Shown: in pieces, positions 1 to 9,898 of the stretch | Position numbering within the stretch: position 1 is the stretch's first letter | How the letters are laid out: the number at the start of each line of letters is the position of its first letter | Assembly (NCBI GenBank): GCA_002698985.1 | Contig: PAAY01000027.1 | Span: 11,231 to 75,230 of the forward strand | Length of the DNA stretch: 64,000 bases | From: Saprospirales bacterium | Lineage (GTDB): Bacteria > Bacteroidota > Bacteroidia > Chitinophagales > Saprospiraceae | Reading direction: 5' to 3' | Notes under the pieces: generated by a model | Databases searched by the model: none | Seen by the model: only the letters and a program-made list of their open reading frames with translations | Told to the model about the DNA's origin: nothing | Position numbers and translations under genes: made by a program

Positions 1-380
1 GATTTTGAAGGTTGTTGTAGGTTGTAGGTTGTAGGTTGTAGGTTGGCAGTAGCTAGCACTTTCATTCCTCATCCCTCATCCCTGGTTTATTGGGATTATT
101 GAGGATTATAGGGATTATGCGGTTTAGCAGGGATACTCTGCTAAACTCTGTTTTCAACTCAGATAACTCTGTGGTAAAAAAAGTGTAGAGTTTAGGGTTT
201 GGAGGCGCTAGCACTTTCATCCCTCCCCCGATGCCGATCCCGAATCCCGAAATCCTTCGGGATCGGGATATCGGCATGGGGCATCCCTCACCCCTCATCC
301 CTGACTTATGCGGTTTAGCAGAATCAGCTACGAGCTACGAGCCACAGCCTGCCCCGAGTACTCGGGGAGCTACGAGCCAC
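1..380. repeat. Mosaic intergenic repeat locus (heptamer arrays, ~95-bp core, palindromes) upstream of guaA
   Basis: Seen directly. (GTTGTAG)x4.5 at about 14-46. GCTAGC at 52-57 and 207-212. CCTCATY heptamers at 61-84. (GGATTATNNN)x3 at 91-118. Core GCGGTTTAGCAGGGATACTCTGCTAAACTCTGTTTTCAACTCAGATAACTCTGTGG...GGCGCTAGC at 119-212. Imperfect long hairpin at 229-277. CTACGAG units at 328-341 and 370-376. Perfect palindrome CCCCGAGTACTCGGGG at 352-367. The same modules recur at many other loci in the window. Confidence 0.9.
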
Positions 381-412
381 GCGCAATGTTCACCAACTTT
401 CATCGCTCTGGC

Positions 413-420
413 TATATTTG
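413..420 (+). promoter_or_regulatory. Possible Bacteroidota -7 promoter element (TAnnTTTG) 5 nt before the guaA ATG, implying a leaderless or near-leaderless mRNA
   Basis: TATATTTG matches the TAnnTTTG consensus exactly. I see no clean -33 TTG at the expected spacing, so the call is weak. Confidence 0.25.
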
Positions 421-425
421 CCGCC

Positions 426-1967
426 ATGACAGAAAAAATACTCATCCTCGACTTCGGATCCCAATACACGCAGCTGATAGCACGCCGTGTGCGGGAGTTG
501 CACACTTACTGCGAAATAGTACCCTACAACAAAGTGCCTGCCCTCGATGACACCATCAAGGGCATCATTCTTTCGGGCAGTCCCTTTTCGGTGAAAGAGC
601 CCGATGCACTGCGGCTGGACCTGAATGAACTGGTCGGAAAAAAGCCCCTGCTCGGCATTTGCTACGGGGCGCAGCTGCTCACTGATTTTTACGGCGGTGT
701 GGTACAGCGCAGCGATAAAAGGGAATACGGCAAAGCGCATCTTTCCAATGTGCGTTATCAGGATCCATTTCTCCACGGGGTGCCTGATGGTTCACAGGTG
801 TGGATGTCGCACGGTGATTCCATCATGGAGTTGCCGCCGCAGTTCGAACTGCTGGCCAGCACAGAGAGCATTCCGGTGGCGGTATTCCGCTCCAAAAAAG
901 GAGCTTTCGCAAATCCGGTTTACGGCATTCAGTTCCATCCGGAAGTGACCCACAGTGTGGACGGCCGCAACATCCTCCGCAATTTCGTTTACGACATCTG
1001 CGGCTGCTCCGGTGAATGGACGCCCGCCCATTTCGTTGAGGAAACGGTGGAGGGTTTGCGAAGAAAAATAGGCAGGGAAAGGGTGCTGATGGGTCTGTCC
1101 GGCGGAGTGGATTCCACCGTGGCAGCCGAACTGCTCCACAAGGCCATTGGCGATCAGCTGATCTGCTTTTTCATCGACAATGGTCTGCTTCGCAAAAACG
1201 AGTTTGAGGAAGTGCTCAAATCCTATGAGAGCATGGGCCTCAACGTGGTGGGCATCGACGCCAAACAGCGCTTCTGGGATGCCCTGGCCGGCGAGAGCAG
1301 CCCCGAAAAGAAGCGGAAGATCATCGGCAGGGAGTTCATCCATGTTTTCGAAGAAGAGGCGCAAAAACTGGAGGGCATTGAATGGCTGGGACAGGGCACC
1401 ATCTATCCCGACGTGATAGAATCGGTATCAGTGCATGGCCCTTCGGTAACCATCAAGTCGCACCACAACGTTGGCGGCCTGCCCGATGTGCTGAAACTGA
1501 AAATTGTGGAACCCCTGCGCATGTTGTTCAAAGATGAAGTGCGGGAGGTAGGCAAAGAGCTGGGCATTCCGATGGAAATTCTGGGGCGGCATCCTTTTCC
1601 GGGGCCGGGCCTCGGCGTCAGAATTTTGGGCGACATCACCCCTGAAAAGGTGGCCTTGCTGCAGGAAGCTGACCACATTTTCATCAGCAAACTCAAAAAA
1701 TACGGCCTTTACGACAAAGTTTGGCAGGCCGGTGCTATCTTGTTGCCCGTCCAATCCGTTGGAGTAATGGGTGATGAAAGAACCTACGAGCGCACCGCTG
1801 TGCTGCGTGCCGTCAACAGCGTTGATGGCATGACCGCAGAGTGGAGCCGCCTGCCACACGATTTCCTGGCCGATGTGTCCAGCGAGATCGTGAACAATGT
1901 AAAAGGCATCAACAGGGTTGTTTTTGACATCAGCAACAAACCACCCTCAACCATCGAATGGGAATAA
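426..1967 (+). CDS. guaA: GMP synthase (glutamine-hydrolysing)
   Basis: ORF 231..1967 trimmed to the ATG at 426 ([21 protein letters not shown]). N-terminal class-I amidotransferase region and C-terminal ATP-PPase motif SGGVDS, ending ...PPSTIEWE. The 65 upstream codons only translate intergenic repeat modules. Confidence 0.95.
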   Translation: MTEKILILDFGSQYTQLIARRVRELHTYCEIVPYNKVPALDDTIKGIILSGSPFSVKEPDALRLDLNELVGKKPLLGICYGAQLLTDFYGGVVQRSDKREYGKAHLSNVRYQDPFLHGVPDGSQVWMSHGDSIMELPPQFELLASTESIPVAVFRSKKGAFANPVYGIQFHPEVTHSVDGRNILRNFVYDICGCSGEWTPAHFVEETVEGLRRKIGRERVLMGLSGGVDSTVAAELLHKAIGDQLICFFIDNGLLRKNEFEEVLKSYESMGLNVVGIDAKQRFWDALAGESSPEKKRKIIGREFIHVFEEEAQKLEGIEWLGQGTIYPDVIESVSVHGPSVTIKSHHNVGGLPDVLKLKIVEPLRMLFKDEVREVGKELGIPMEILGRHPFPGPGLGVRILGDITPEKVALLQEADHIFISKLKKYGLYDKVWQAGAILLPVQSVGVMGDERTYERTAVLRAVNSVDGMTAEWSRLPHDFLADVSSEIVNNVKGINRVVFDISNKPPSTIEWE

Positions 1968-2013
1968 GCCCATCGGAATTTGAAAAAACTTTTCAGCCTG
2001 CCACCCATAGTAG

Positions 2014-2198
2014 CACAGCCTTCAGGCTGTGCAAGTAAATCGACCTTCAGGTCGATGAAAATGAAGCCTTCAGGCTGTGCAAGTAAAATCGACCTTTAGG
2101 TCGATGAAAGAGCCTTCAGGCTGTGCAAGTAAATCGACCTTCAGGTCGATGAAAAAGCCTTCAGGCTGTGCAGGCACAAGTGGCCTTCCGGTCGCAGG
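2014..2198. repeat. Tandem ~46-bp repeat (about 4 units), each unit carrying two small hairpins with TTCA loops
   Basis: The unit AGCCTTCAGGCTGTGCAAGTAAATCGACCTTCAGGTCGATGAAA is repeated head to tail. The hairpins are CACAGCC-TTCA-GGCTGTG and ATCGACC-TTCA-GGTCGAT. The last unit is degenerate. Confidence 0.9.
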
Positions 2199-2255
2199 AT
2201 AAGATGAATGGGCAGCACCGTGGACAAGGATTAACCAAGCGTCAACAACAAAACT

Positions 2256-3701
2256 ATGTTTCGAAAGGTCTCATTTTTCTCAGCTTTTTTGCTCGTCGCA
2301 ATCGGCCTGTCTCTCAGCTCATGCGATCTGTTCAAACCCGCCAAAGCTTCCGAAAAAGAAAAAGTTTACGAAGATGATGAACTGGAGGATATCCAGGGCA
2401 AGCGCGTCTTCGACCCCGTGACCGGCACCTGGCGCATCGTTCACGAAGTGACCGAAAAAGTGGATACGGTGCAATGGACCATTTTGCCGGAAGATAAGTA
2501 CCCGCCCATCACCTCTGACGGTTCCTGGGATGCCATCGATCCGAACAACACGTCAACAACGAATCCCGGCGGCATCGCCGGCACGCAGGAAGTGGTGGTC
2601 ATGCTGCCTTTCTTCGCCAACAAGCTTACCGGCGATTTTATTGACGACAATTCTTCATGGGCACTGCATTTCTACGCCGGTGCCCGCCTGGCATACGATG
2701 AACTCAGCACGGAAGGAGCAAAGCTCCACATCAGTGTTTTCGATACGGAAGGATCTGAAGCCAAAGTCAGGAACCTGCTGCGCAGGGTTGAACTGGAGAA
2801 GGCGGATGTGATCATCGGCCCCTATAAACGCGACAATGTGGTCATTTGCGAAGCCTACGCCAAAGAACACGAAACACCCCTGGTGGTGCCACACACCGCC
2901 AGCATGGGCATTCCCGAAGGAAACCCCTGGTATGTACAGGTGAATCCCTCCCTGCAAAGCCACTGTGAAGCAATCGTGAAACACGCCCGCAGCCGCTATT
3001 CACCCGAAAACATGGTACTGGTGTCGCTGGAAAGGGAAGCGGCCAGCGGTAGTTTTGAGTTTTTTCAGAAGGCCAACCTGTCGCTGAATAACTTTGGTGA
3101 CACCACCCGGCTGAAAGAGGTGCGCATTGACAACGATCCCTCCAAATTCAATGACATCGATCTGAGTGACTACATCAAAGCCGGAGAACCCAATGTTTTC
3201 CTGGTGCCCTCATGGTCAAGTGAAGCATTTGTTTACAGCCTGTTGCGCCACCTGATGGAGTTCCAGACCCAGGGCGAGGAGATCATCGTGTACGGCATGC
3301 CGCAATGGATGGGCTTTGAGCAGGTTGATTACGAATTCTTCGAGCGCCTGCAGGTGCACGTCAGCAGTTCCTCCTACCTCAACAAAGACGACGAACGCCT
3401 GCGCAACTTCCAGCGTGAATTTTTTGAAGAATACGGCACCATTCCACGGGAAGAAGCCTTCCTCGGCTACGACATCATGCGGTACTTCGGCAGCATGACG
3501 GCGCAGTACGGCAAGAATTTCGTCGGCCGCATCGATGCCATGCCTTACGACGTACTGCTGGGCCGCTTTGAGTTTTCCAGGGTCGTGCGGGAACCGGAAA
3601 AACACCGGGAGCAACTCAATTACTTCGACCAGTTGGAAAACAAGTTTGTCCACATTCTGAAATTTCAGGATTACCACTTTCAGCCAGCAGAAACGCCATG
3701 A
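2256..3701 (+). CDS. Lipoprotein, possibly type-1 periplasmic-binding-fold (LivK-like) family
   Basis: 481-aa ORF with a signal peptide and lipobox (LSLSSC). The body (VVVMLPFFANK..., ADVIIGPY) resembles PBP1-like binding proteins, but that family call is tentative. Its stop overlaps the next start (ATGA). Confidence 0.6.
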   Translation: MFRKVSFFSAFLLVAIGLSLSSCDLFKPAKASEKEKVYEDDELEDIQGKRVFDPVTGTWRIVHEVTEKVDTVQWTILPEDKYPPITSDGSWDAIDPNNTSTTNPGGIAGTQEVVVMLPFFANKLTGDFIDDNSSWALHFYAGARLAYDELSTEGAKLHISVFDTEGSEAKVRNLLRRVELEKADVIIGPYKRDNVVICEAYAKEHETPLVVPHTASMGIPEGNPWYVQVNPSLQSHCEAIVKHARSRYSPENMVLVSLEREAASGSFEFFQKANLSLNNFGDTTRLKEVRIDNDPSKFNDIDLSDYIKAGEPNVFLVPSWSSEAFVYSLLRHLMEFQTQGEEIIVYGMPQWMGFEQVDYEFFERLQVHVSSSSYLNKDDERLRNFQREFFEEYGTIPREEAFLGYDIMRYFGSMTAQYGKNFVGRIDAMPYDVLLGRFEFSRVVREPEKHREQLNYFDQLENKFVHILKFQDYHFQPAETP

Positions 3702-4339
3702 CTCCCGAACGCACAGAAAAGTTCCGGAAAGTGGTGGCCAACCGCCAGCCTGACCTGACGGTGGTGCTGGAAAACGTCCACGATCCGCATAACATCGGCG
3801 CCGTTTTGCGCAGCTGCGATGCAGTTGGTGTGCAACAGATCTTCGTGCTCTACACCGAACCACACCTGGCAAAAGACGAAATCATCATCGGCAAACGCAC
3901 CAGTTCCGGTGCCCGCCACTGGGTGGATGTGCATTACTACACCGATCCTGAAGCCTGTTTCAGGCATGTGCGCAGCATTTGTGAGCAGGTGTTTGCAACG
4001 CACCTCGGCGTTGAGAGCCGCTCGTTGCACGCCATCGATTTTACCCGCCCCACGGCCCTCATCTTCGGCAACGAGCGCGATGGGGTTTCCGAAGAAGTTT
4101 TGAAGTACGCCGACGGCAATTTTCTCATTCCGCAAGTGGGCATGGTGGAAAGCCTCAACATTTCCGTGGCCTGTGCCGTATCGCTTTACGAAGCCTTCCG
4201 CCAACGTTCCGACGCCGGATACTATTCCGGCAACAGGCCGTTGAGTCCGGAACAACAGGAGGCGCTGTTTCAGGACTACCTCCGGCGACATGCATCCAAA
4301 GGCAGCGGCAAAAACGTGGTGGTGAAAAAGAAAGGGTGA
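3698..4339 (+). CDS. SpoU/TrmH-family RNA 2'-O-methyltransferase
   Basis: Motifs NVHDPHNIGAVLRSCDAVGV, LIFGNERDGVS and IPQVGMVESLNISVACAVSLYE are typical of the SPOUT TrmH family. 4-bp overlap with the upstream gene. Confidence 0.85.
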   Translation: MTPERTEKFRKVVANRQPDLTVVLENVHDPHNIGAVLRSCDAVGVQQIFVLYTEPHLAKDEIIIGKRTSSGARHWVDVHYYTDPEACFRHVRSICEQVFATHLGVESRSLHAIDFTRPTALIFGNERDGVSEEVLKYADGNFLIPQVGMVESLNISVACAVSLYEAFRQRSDAGYYSGNRPLSPEQQEALFQDYLRRHASKGSGKNVVVKKKG

Positions 4340-4465
4340 CAAATGACAGCCCGGCACGAAATTTTTTCTTCAAAAATGTACATTTGCCCGTCCCGCCAAA
4401 CCGGTTCCAATCTGCAAACACCATCCTGCCCTAAACGCATATAAGACCGCAAAACCACTGATGCA

Positions 4466-5527
4466 ATGGTGAAACAGGCCAATTCGCAAATGACTGCCCA
4501 GTTGAGTGGAAAAGCCTTGTTGGGATGGCGCATCCTGCAATGGCTGTTTCTTGCCATTGGTCTCACCATACTCTCCCTGCTTTTCTTCGCTCCGCAAATT
4601 GGCATCCACGCTTTTTGGAACGGCCTCATTCCGGTGGCACCGCTGTTGCTGGTGCTATTGCCGGGCTTGTGGCGCAACGTATGTCCGCTGGCTTTCTCTG
4701 CCATTTTGCCGCACCGCATTGGCTTGAGCGCAAAAAAACGGCTCACCGTAGCCCGGCAGGGCAAGCTCATTCTCACCGGCGTCATCCTGCTGATGCTGAT
4801 CTTGCCCTGGAGGCACCTGGTGTTGGATAACAATGGTCCTGCCACGGGGGTGGTTCTGATCTTGCTGGGTGCCATGGCCTTTTACATGGGCACGCAATAT
4901 GAATGGAAATCCGGCTGGTGTTCCGGCATGTGCCCGGTCCATCCTGTGGAGAAGTTTTACGGATCACGGCCACTGGCACCCATGCCCAACGCCCAGTGCA
5001 CCTCCTGCCACAACTGCGTAATCCCCTGTCCTGATTCCACCAAATTGCTGCAGCCGGAAAAACAGGACAACACCCGCAACCACAAACTGGCAGCCACCCT
5101 GCTGATTGGTGGCTTTCCCGGTTACATCTGGGGCTGGTTCCACATACGGGATTATCACGGCACGGAAGGCCTGGAACACATTCTTGCCGCCTACACCCTG
5201 CCATTGGCGGGCATGGCATTCACCCTTGCAGTTTACCTCTTCCTTCGGAAAAATTCAGGGATTGAAAAGTCGCTGCTAACAAGAATTTTCGCAGCCGCAG
5301 CCGTGACCTGCTACTACTGGTACCGCCTGCCAGCGCTCATCGGATTTGGCATCTATCCTGGTGACGGCATGCTCGTGGATTTGAGTGGTCAAGTTCCGAA
5401 TTACCTACCTTTCATCCTTCAGGGCGCTGCCTTGTTGTTTTTCAGCTGGTGGCTGCTCTGGAAACCAACCCCGCAAACGAGCTGGACCATCCGGCCACCT
5501 TTTGCCAATAGGAGGAAAAGATTATGA
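4466..5527 (+). CDS. Polytopic membrane protein with one ferredoxin-like Cys cluster (CTSCHNCVIPCP)
   Basis: 353-aa ORF with multiple hydrophobic spans and a central C-x2-C-x2-C-x3-CP motif. Function unknown and start codon uncertain. Confidence 0.6.
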   Translation: MVKQANSQMTAQLSGKALLGWRILQWLFLAIGLTILSLLFFAPQIGIHAFWNGLIPVAPLLLVLLPGLWRNVCPLAFSAILPHRIGLSAKKRLTVARQGKLILTGVILLMLILPWRHLVLDNNGPATGVVLILLGAMAFYMGTQYEWKSGWCSGMCPVHPVEKFYGSRPLAPMPNAQCTSCHNCVIPCPDSTKLLQPEKQDNTRNHKLAATLLIGGFPGYIWGWFHIRDYHGTEGLEHILAAYTLPLAGMAFTLAVYLFLRKNSGIEKSLLTRIFAAAAVTCYYWYRLPALIGFGIYPGDGMLVDLSGQVPNYLPFILQGAALLFFSWWLLWKPTPQTSWTIRPPFANRRKRL

Positions 5528-5534
5528 GAATTGT

Positions 5535-5668
5535 CTGCCTGCCGCCGGGCAGGCAGGGATTATAGAGGATTATAGGGATTATTGAGGGTTATAAGGGTTA
5601 GCAGTGCAAGTCACCAGCTACGAGCCACGAGCTACAGCCTGCCCCGAGTACTCGGGGAGCTACGAGCC
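5535..5668. repeat. Mosaic intergenic repeat locus
   Basis: Perfect hairpin CTGCCTGCC-GCCG-GGCAGGCAG at 5535-5556, right after the stop codon. GGATTATNNN units, GGTTAGCAG and CTACGAG units follow. The palindrome CCCCGAGTACTCGGGG at 5642-5657 has the same context as at 352-367. Confidence 0.9.
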
Positions 5669-5673
5669 AAATC

Positions 5674-6642
5674 CTACTTAACCACCAACCGCTGCGTACT
5701 CTCCAGCGTCCCGGATTGAATTTTGACGATGTAAACACCAGAAGTGATTCCGGAAAGGTTCATTAAAGAACCATCGGCTTTGCCTTGCTCCACCAGCCTT
5801 CCCTGTGCATCGAAAATGCTGACCAGGCTGCCTGCCCATTCTTCCGGCAGTTGCACCTGCGCAGATTCACCCATTGGATTCGGAAAGATGACCGGTTCCT
5901 GAACCGATAGCTCCATGTCCACCACCACGATGGGTGAGTACTCCATGCTGCCGTCGTAATCAACTTGTTGCAGGCGGTAGTAATTCAGCCCTTTCAGAGG
6001 CTTCCTGTCTTCGAAAACATAGTGATGGAAATCGAGGCTGGTACCGTGTCCATCCACCCAGCCGATCTTTTCCCAGACGCTGCCATCGGCACTGCGCTGC
6101 ACCTCGAAGCCGGCATTGTTCAGCTCACTGGCCGAAGCCCACTCCAGCAGGATTCCCTCGTTCAATTCACTTGCAACGAAGCGGGTCAGCTCAACGGGGA
6201 GGGGAGCGGCACCGGAGGAGGTGAGTTGGGTGGGTGGAGTAAGACCGTTGACTGCACTGTAGCTAAAAATTGCAGACCCTATAGTTATAGCTGTGTTGTT
6301 TCCGTTGTTGGAAGCGGTCATGCTGCCCGAAGTAAAATTAATTACTGCAGCCGTGTGAAGTATCAATTCGCCATTATTGTGAAAGAATGAAAGTGTTCCA
6401 CCATTGATATTTATAATTGTGGCAGGATTGGCAGCCTGATTTAGATTAATTTGTGAATTTATCTCAACTGTTGCCCCTGTGGGAATGACAATGATATCTC
6501 CTGATTTTGGCTGGCAATTGCAGTCCCAGGTAGAATTGTTCGTCCAATTACCGGTTCCACTATTTGCAGTTACAGTGTTCTGTTGAGAAAATGCAGTGAA
6601 AGCCGCTGCGATCAGCATGAAAGTAAAGTAAATGCGAACCAT
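5674..6642 (-). CDS. Secreted protein with T9SS (Por) C-terminal sorting domain
   Basis: N-terminal signal peptide (MVRIYFTFMLIAAAFTAFSQ). The C-terminal ~80 aa (VIFPNP...VSIFDAQGRLV...GVYIVKIQSG...QRLVVK) matches the T9SS CTD pattern. Confidence 0.8.
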   Translation of the reverse strand: MVRIYFTFMLIAAAFTAFSQQNTVTANSGTGNWTNNSTWDCNCQPKSGDIIVIPTGATVEINSQINLNQAANPATIININGGTLSFFHNNGELILHTAAVINFTSGSMTASNNGNNTAITIGSAIFSYSAVNGLTPPTQLTSSGAAPLPVELTRFVASELNEGILLEWASASELNNAGFEVQRSADGSVWEKIGWVDGHGTSLDFHHYVFEDRKPLKGLNYYRLQQVDYDGSMEYSPIVVVDMELSVQEPVIFPNPMGESAQVQLPEEWAGSLVSIFDAQGRLVEQGKADGSLMNLSGITSGVYIVKIQSGTLESTQRLVVK

Positions 6643-6791
6643 AATGTTAAATGTAGGGGGGGGGTTAAGAATTAAATACCTTGCTAAGACGTGTATGGTC
6701 TGTTGGCGTCACTAATAAATGCAAAGATAGCCAAATTGTTTTTGGCGGTTTTAAATTTTATAGAATGTAGTCCAAGTTCCGGCGGGTACAT

Positions 6792-6829
6792 TAAAAATAG
6801 CGCCCTGCCAGCTTTCCTGGCAGGGCGCT
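6792..6829 (-). terminator. Rho-independent terminator downstream of the M14 peptidase gene
   Basis: Perfect 13-bp stem AGCGCCCTGCCAG / CTGGCAGGGCGCT with a 5-nt loop (6799-6829). On the minus strand it is followed by ATTTTTAAT. Confidence 0.75.
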
Positions 6830-6858
6830 TTGCGATTTGAAAAGTGAATAAACGCTTC

Positions 6859-9441
6859 CTATTCTCCCTGCACCGTCCGGCCGGAGATCAGGTTTCCGAA
6901 GAAAACGGCATTGGCCATGATCTTGTTGGTGCCATACCAGAAGGCCCTGAAACTGGTGTTGTCCGTCAGGCAAATGACTCGGCCGGCGCCAATGCCTCCC
7001 ACTGCAACAGAGGCACTGCCGGGAGCCAGTTCATCAAAACTTTCGTGCATGTAGCCCGCCATCAGTGGCTTGTCGCTGTAAATGATGGGGGTGGCGTAGG
7101 GGTTTTTGGCCGGCTCCAGAAAGCGGTTGGAGCTCCTGAACACCGGCAGTTTGCTGTTACGGTAGCCGTAGCACAGCGGGTGTGTCAAGTCCAGTTCTGC
7201 CTCAAAAATGGAACCCGATAGCCGCAGTGCTCCCGCGTCGTCATCGGCACCGGCGTAGGGTTTCCGGCCGGTTTCCTTTTCGTCGTTTTCCGACTTTTTG
7301 AAGTTCAGGTTCACCAGCTTTTGGTTTACGGCCCAGTTCACCGCATTTTCCAGTGCGATGAGCACATTGCCGGCTTTTACCCAGTTGCGCAAGGCATCCG
7401 TATCCAATCCTCTGATTCGCCCTCCGGGCAACACCAGCACATTGAAACGGGCCAGGGTGGACTCATTGAGGTCATTAGCTTCGATCTTCGTCACCGGCAT
7501 CTGGTAGCGGGTATCCAACAGATGCCAGATCTCACCGGCATCGTAAGAGGTGATGCCGTCCCCGACCACTAGGGCCACTTTAGGTTTTCTGACAGTGAGC
7601 ACCTTGCGGCTGCCCAGGTCATAACCGCCGGGTGTCAATCCGGTGCTGATGCCGTAGATGGGCAGTTGCCCCAGCCGGGCAGCCTCGTCCAGGATTTTGC
7701 GAAGCGAAGCCTTGTCCATGGGTTGGTTTTGCGTCGGAACAATGATGGCGCCGTAAGTGAAAGCCCTGTTACCTTCCGGGGTGACGGCCGTGAAAGGCGT
7801 TCCGGCCACTTTTACCCGCACCTTGTTTTTCTGAAGGTGGTAAAGGGCTGCCGGGGCAAGGTAGTGGTCCCAGTCGAAAGCCCATGCGTAGGCATTGCCG
7901 TCGTCTTTCACTTCGCCTGCGGCAACGGGGAGGGTGGTGCCTGTGAGTTGTTTGCCGAGCAGACCGGGCAGTGCCTCACCGGCGGCCTCGTACTTCAGGT
8001 TGAAGGCCAGCGGCATGGTCCAGGCGCTGATGTCGTAAAAGAGGCTGTCCTCGAAGCTCGTCTCCCGCTGGAAAATGCCCTGGATGAGGCGGTACTGCGG
8101 CTGATCAAATGGAATGACGTAGGCTTTGCCGGGTTCGAAGTCGGTGCCGTTGAGGGTGGTCTTTTTAGTCAGTTCGTAAACTTTGATGTCTTGCCTCAGC
8201 AGCATTTCCACGAAGCGACTCAGCCTGACGGGGTCGTAGTCATCACCTACAACGAAACCCCGGCGTTTGTCCCTGCGGGCCAGGTCCAGGCCGGTTTTAT
8301 AGTGCTCCCGCTGAAAGTCCAGCAGTTCCTTCCGCAATGCCACGATGGCCGCATGGGTGGAGAGCGCCGTGGTCACCTGGTTGCGGATGGTGAAAGGAAA
8401 GGAGAGCGGGCCGTTGTCGGTTTTCTGCAAATGCCCCCGGCTGCTGGCCTGTTCGAACAGGATGCCGATGCAACCCTGCGCATCGGGGAAGGTGGAGCCT
8501 TTGCCGTAGTAGAAATCGTCGTAACCCTCCTCGGTGTAATACAGCGAGCCGATCTTGTCCAGGGCTTTGGCGTGGAAGGTGGCGATTTTGGCGGTGAGTT
8601 CCTGGTTCTTTTTGGGTGTGATGGGATTGATGCGGCTCTGCACCCCAGGCATGAAAAAGAAGGTGCTGTTGGTGCCCATTTCGTGGTGGTCGGTCAACAC
8701 GTTGGGCTTCCATTTCTGGAACAGCGCAATGCGTCCCTGGCTTTCCGGGTGCTGTGCCGGCAGCCAGTCCCGGTTCAGGTCGAACCAGTAGTGGTTGGTG
8801 CGGCCCCGTGGCCAAACCTCATTGTACTCCCGGTCTGCCGGATCGCCAGTGAGGTTTTTGTTTTTGTGCATGTTGGTCCAGGTGCTGAAACGCTGAAATC
8901 CGTCGGGGTTGAAACAGGGATCGAAAATGATAACGGCATTCTGCAACAGGGTTTCTACCTCCTGGCTCTTTCCCGCAGCCAGGTAATAGGCCACAAGCAG
9001 TGCACCATTGGCACCGCTGGCTTCATTGCCGTGTATGCTGAAACCCTGGTAGAGCACTACGGGCATGTCGCTGATGTCCACATCTGCCGAGCGGGCGGGG
9101 TCGGTCAGCGCCACATGCTGCCGGCGGATGTCCTCCAGCCGGCCGTGGTTTTCCGGTGAGGTGATGATCAGGTGAATGAGCGGCCGGTTTTCGTAAGTGC
9201 GGCCGTGTTCTTCCAGTTTGATGCGGTCGGGAGCGGCGGCAGCAAGGGTCCGGTAGTAGTACAGCAACTGGTCGTGGCTGGCGTGCCATTCACCCACCTG
9301 GTAGCCCAATACAGATTCCGGCGTCGGAATGGCCGGGTCGTATTCGATGTCGGGCAGGTAGTAGGTGATGGGCAGCGACTGTGCCGGCATTGCGCCAGCG
9401 ATGAAAAAAACAGCAAGTAAAGTAGTGAGTAATTTGCGCAT
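6859..9441 (-). CDS. M14-family zinc metallocarboxypeptidase, secreted
   Basis: 860 aa with a signal peptide (MRKLLTTLLAVFFIAGAMPAQS). Contains FSIHGNEASG, which fits the HxxE zinc motif of M14 carboxypeptidases, followed by a long C-terminal extension. Confidence 0.85.
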   Translation of the reverse strand: MRKLLTTLLAVFFIAGAMPAQSLPITYYLPDIEYDPAIPTPESVLGYQVGEWHASHDQLLYYYRTLAAAAPDRIKLEEHGRTYENRPLIHLIITSPENHGRLEDIRRQHVALTDPARSADVDISDMPVVLYQGFSIHGNEASGANGALLVAYYLAAGKSQEVETLLQNAVIIFDPCFNPDGFQRFSTWTNMHKNKNLTGDPADREYNEVWPRGRTNHYWFDLNRDWLPAQHPESQGRIALFQKWKPNVLTDHHEMGTNSTFFFMPGVQSRINPITPKKNQELTAKIATFHAKALDKIGSLYYTEEGYDDFYYGKGSTFPDAQGCIGILFEQASSRGHLQKTDNGPLSFPFTIRNQVTTALSTHAAIVALRKELLDFQREHYKTGLDLARRDKRRGFVVGDDYDPVRLSRFVEMLLRQDIKVYELTKKTTLNGTDFEPGKAYVIPFDQPQYRLIQGIFQRETSFEDSLFYDISAWTMPLAFNLKYEAAGEALPGLLGKQLTGTTLPVAAGEVKDDGNAYAWAFDWDHYLAPAALYHLQKNKVRVKVAGTPFTAVTPEGNRAFTYGAIIVPTQNQPMDKASLRKILDEAARLGQLPIYGISTGLTPGGYDLGSRKVLTVRKPKVALVVGDGITSYDAGEIWHLLDTRYQMPVTKIEANDLNESTLARFNVLVLPGGRIRGLDTDALRNWVKAGNVLIALENAVNWAVNQKLVNLNFKKSENDEKETGRKPYAGADDDAGALRLSGSIFEAELDLTHPLCYGYRNSKLPVFRSSNRFLEPAKNPYATPIIYSDKPLMAGYMHESFDELAPGSASVAVGGIGAGRVICLTDNTSFRAFWYGTNKIMANAVFFGNLISGRTVQGE

Positions 9442-9620
9442 GAGGCAGTTGTTTTTGTTGGGCGGCTAAGATAGTTTTTTGCGGGAAGAGCGTGGCACTT
9501 CATGCCCGTCTTAGATTGAGTGAGAAACAGCACTTTGGCATCCCTTACGGGATTAGCAGGATTTAGTCAGTGGACAGAGGGGCAGAGTAGTTAATCTCTA
9601 CCTACCCCTGACATAAGTAC

Positions 9621-9735
9621 CCCCTTTGTCATCCGTCGGAGGCGGATCTTCCTAACAAGCGGTTAGGTACATGGGTGCCCACAGTGCTCTGAACTCCCCG
9701 TTGGTAGTTCCTCCTTTGGAGGATGACAAAGGGGG
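9621..9735 (+). repeat. MITE-like ~115-bp element, copy 1
   Basis: 14-bp terminal inverted repeats CCCCTTTGTCATCC ... GGATGACAAAGGGG. Subterminal hairpins ATCCGYC-GGAG-GCGGAT and TCCTCC-TTY-GGAGGA. Confidence 0.85.
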
Positions 9736-9777
9736 GAGTGGTTGCTTTCATGATTCCTGCTGTTCAGTCAAAGCTAG

Positions 9778-9892
9778 CCCTCTTTGTCATCCGCCGGAGG
9801 CGGATCTTCAAAGAAAACGGGCAGGTACATGGGCGCCGACAGTGCCCTGAAAACCTCATTGGTAGTTCCTCCTTCGGAGGATGACAAGGGGG
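9778..9892 (+). repeat. MITE-like ~115-bp element, copy 2
   Basis: Same architecture as copy 1, largely identical by eye. Immediately preceded by GCTAGC at 9773-9778. Confidence 0.85.
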
Positions 9893-9898
9893 AGGGGG

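Noticed and set aside
231-425. N-terminal 65-codon extension of the guaA ORF (start at 231)
   Set aside because: The extension only translates repeat modules (hairpin, CTACGAG units, palindrome). Homology-like sequence begins at [11 protein letters not shown] (ATG at 426).
7666-9159. 497-aa plus-strand ORF
   Set aside because: It is antisense to the M14 carboxypeptidase gene, which has clear family motifs. Its composition is typical of a shadow frame.
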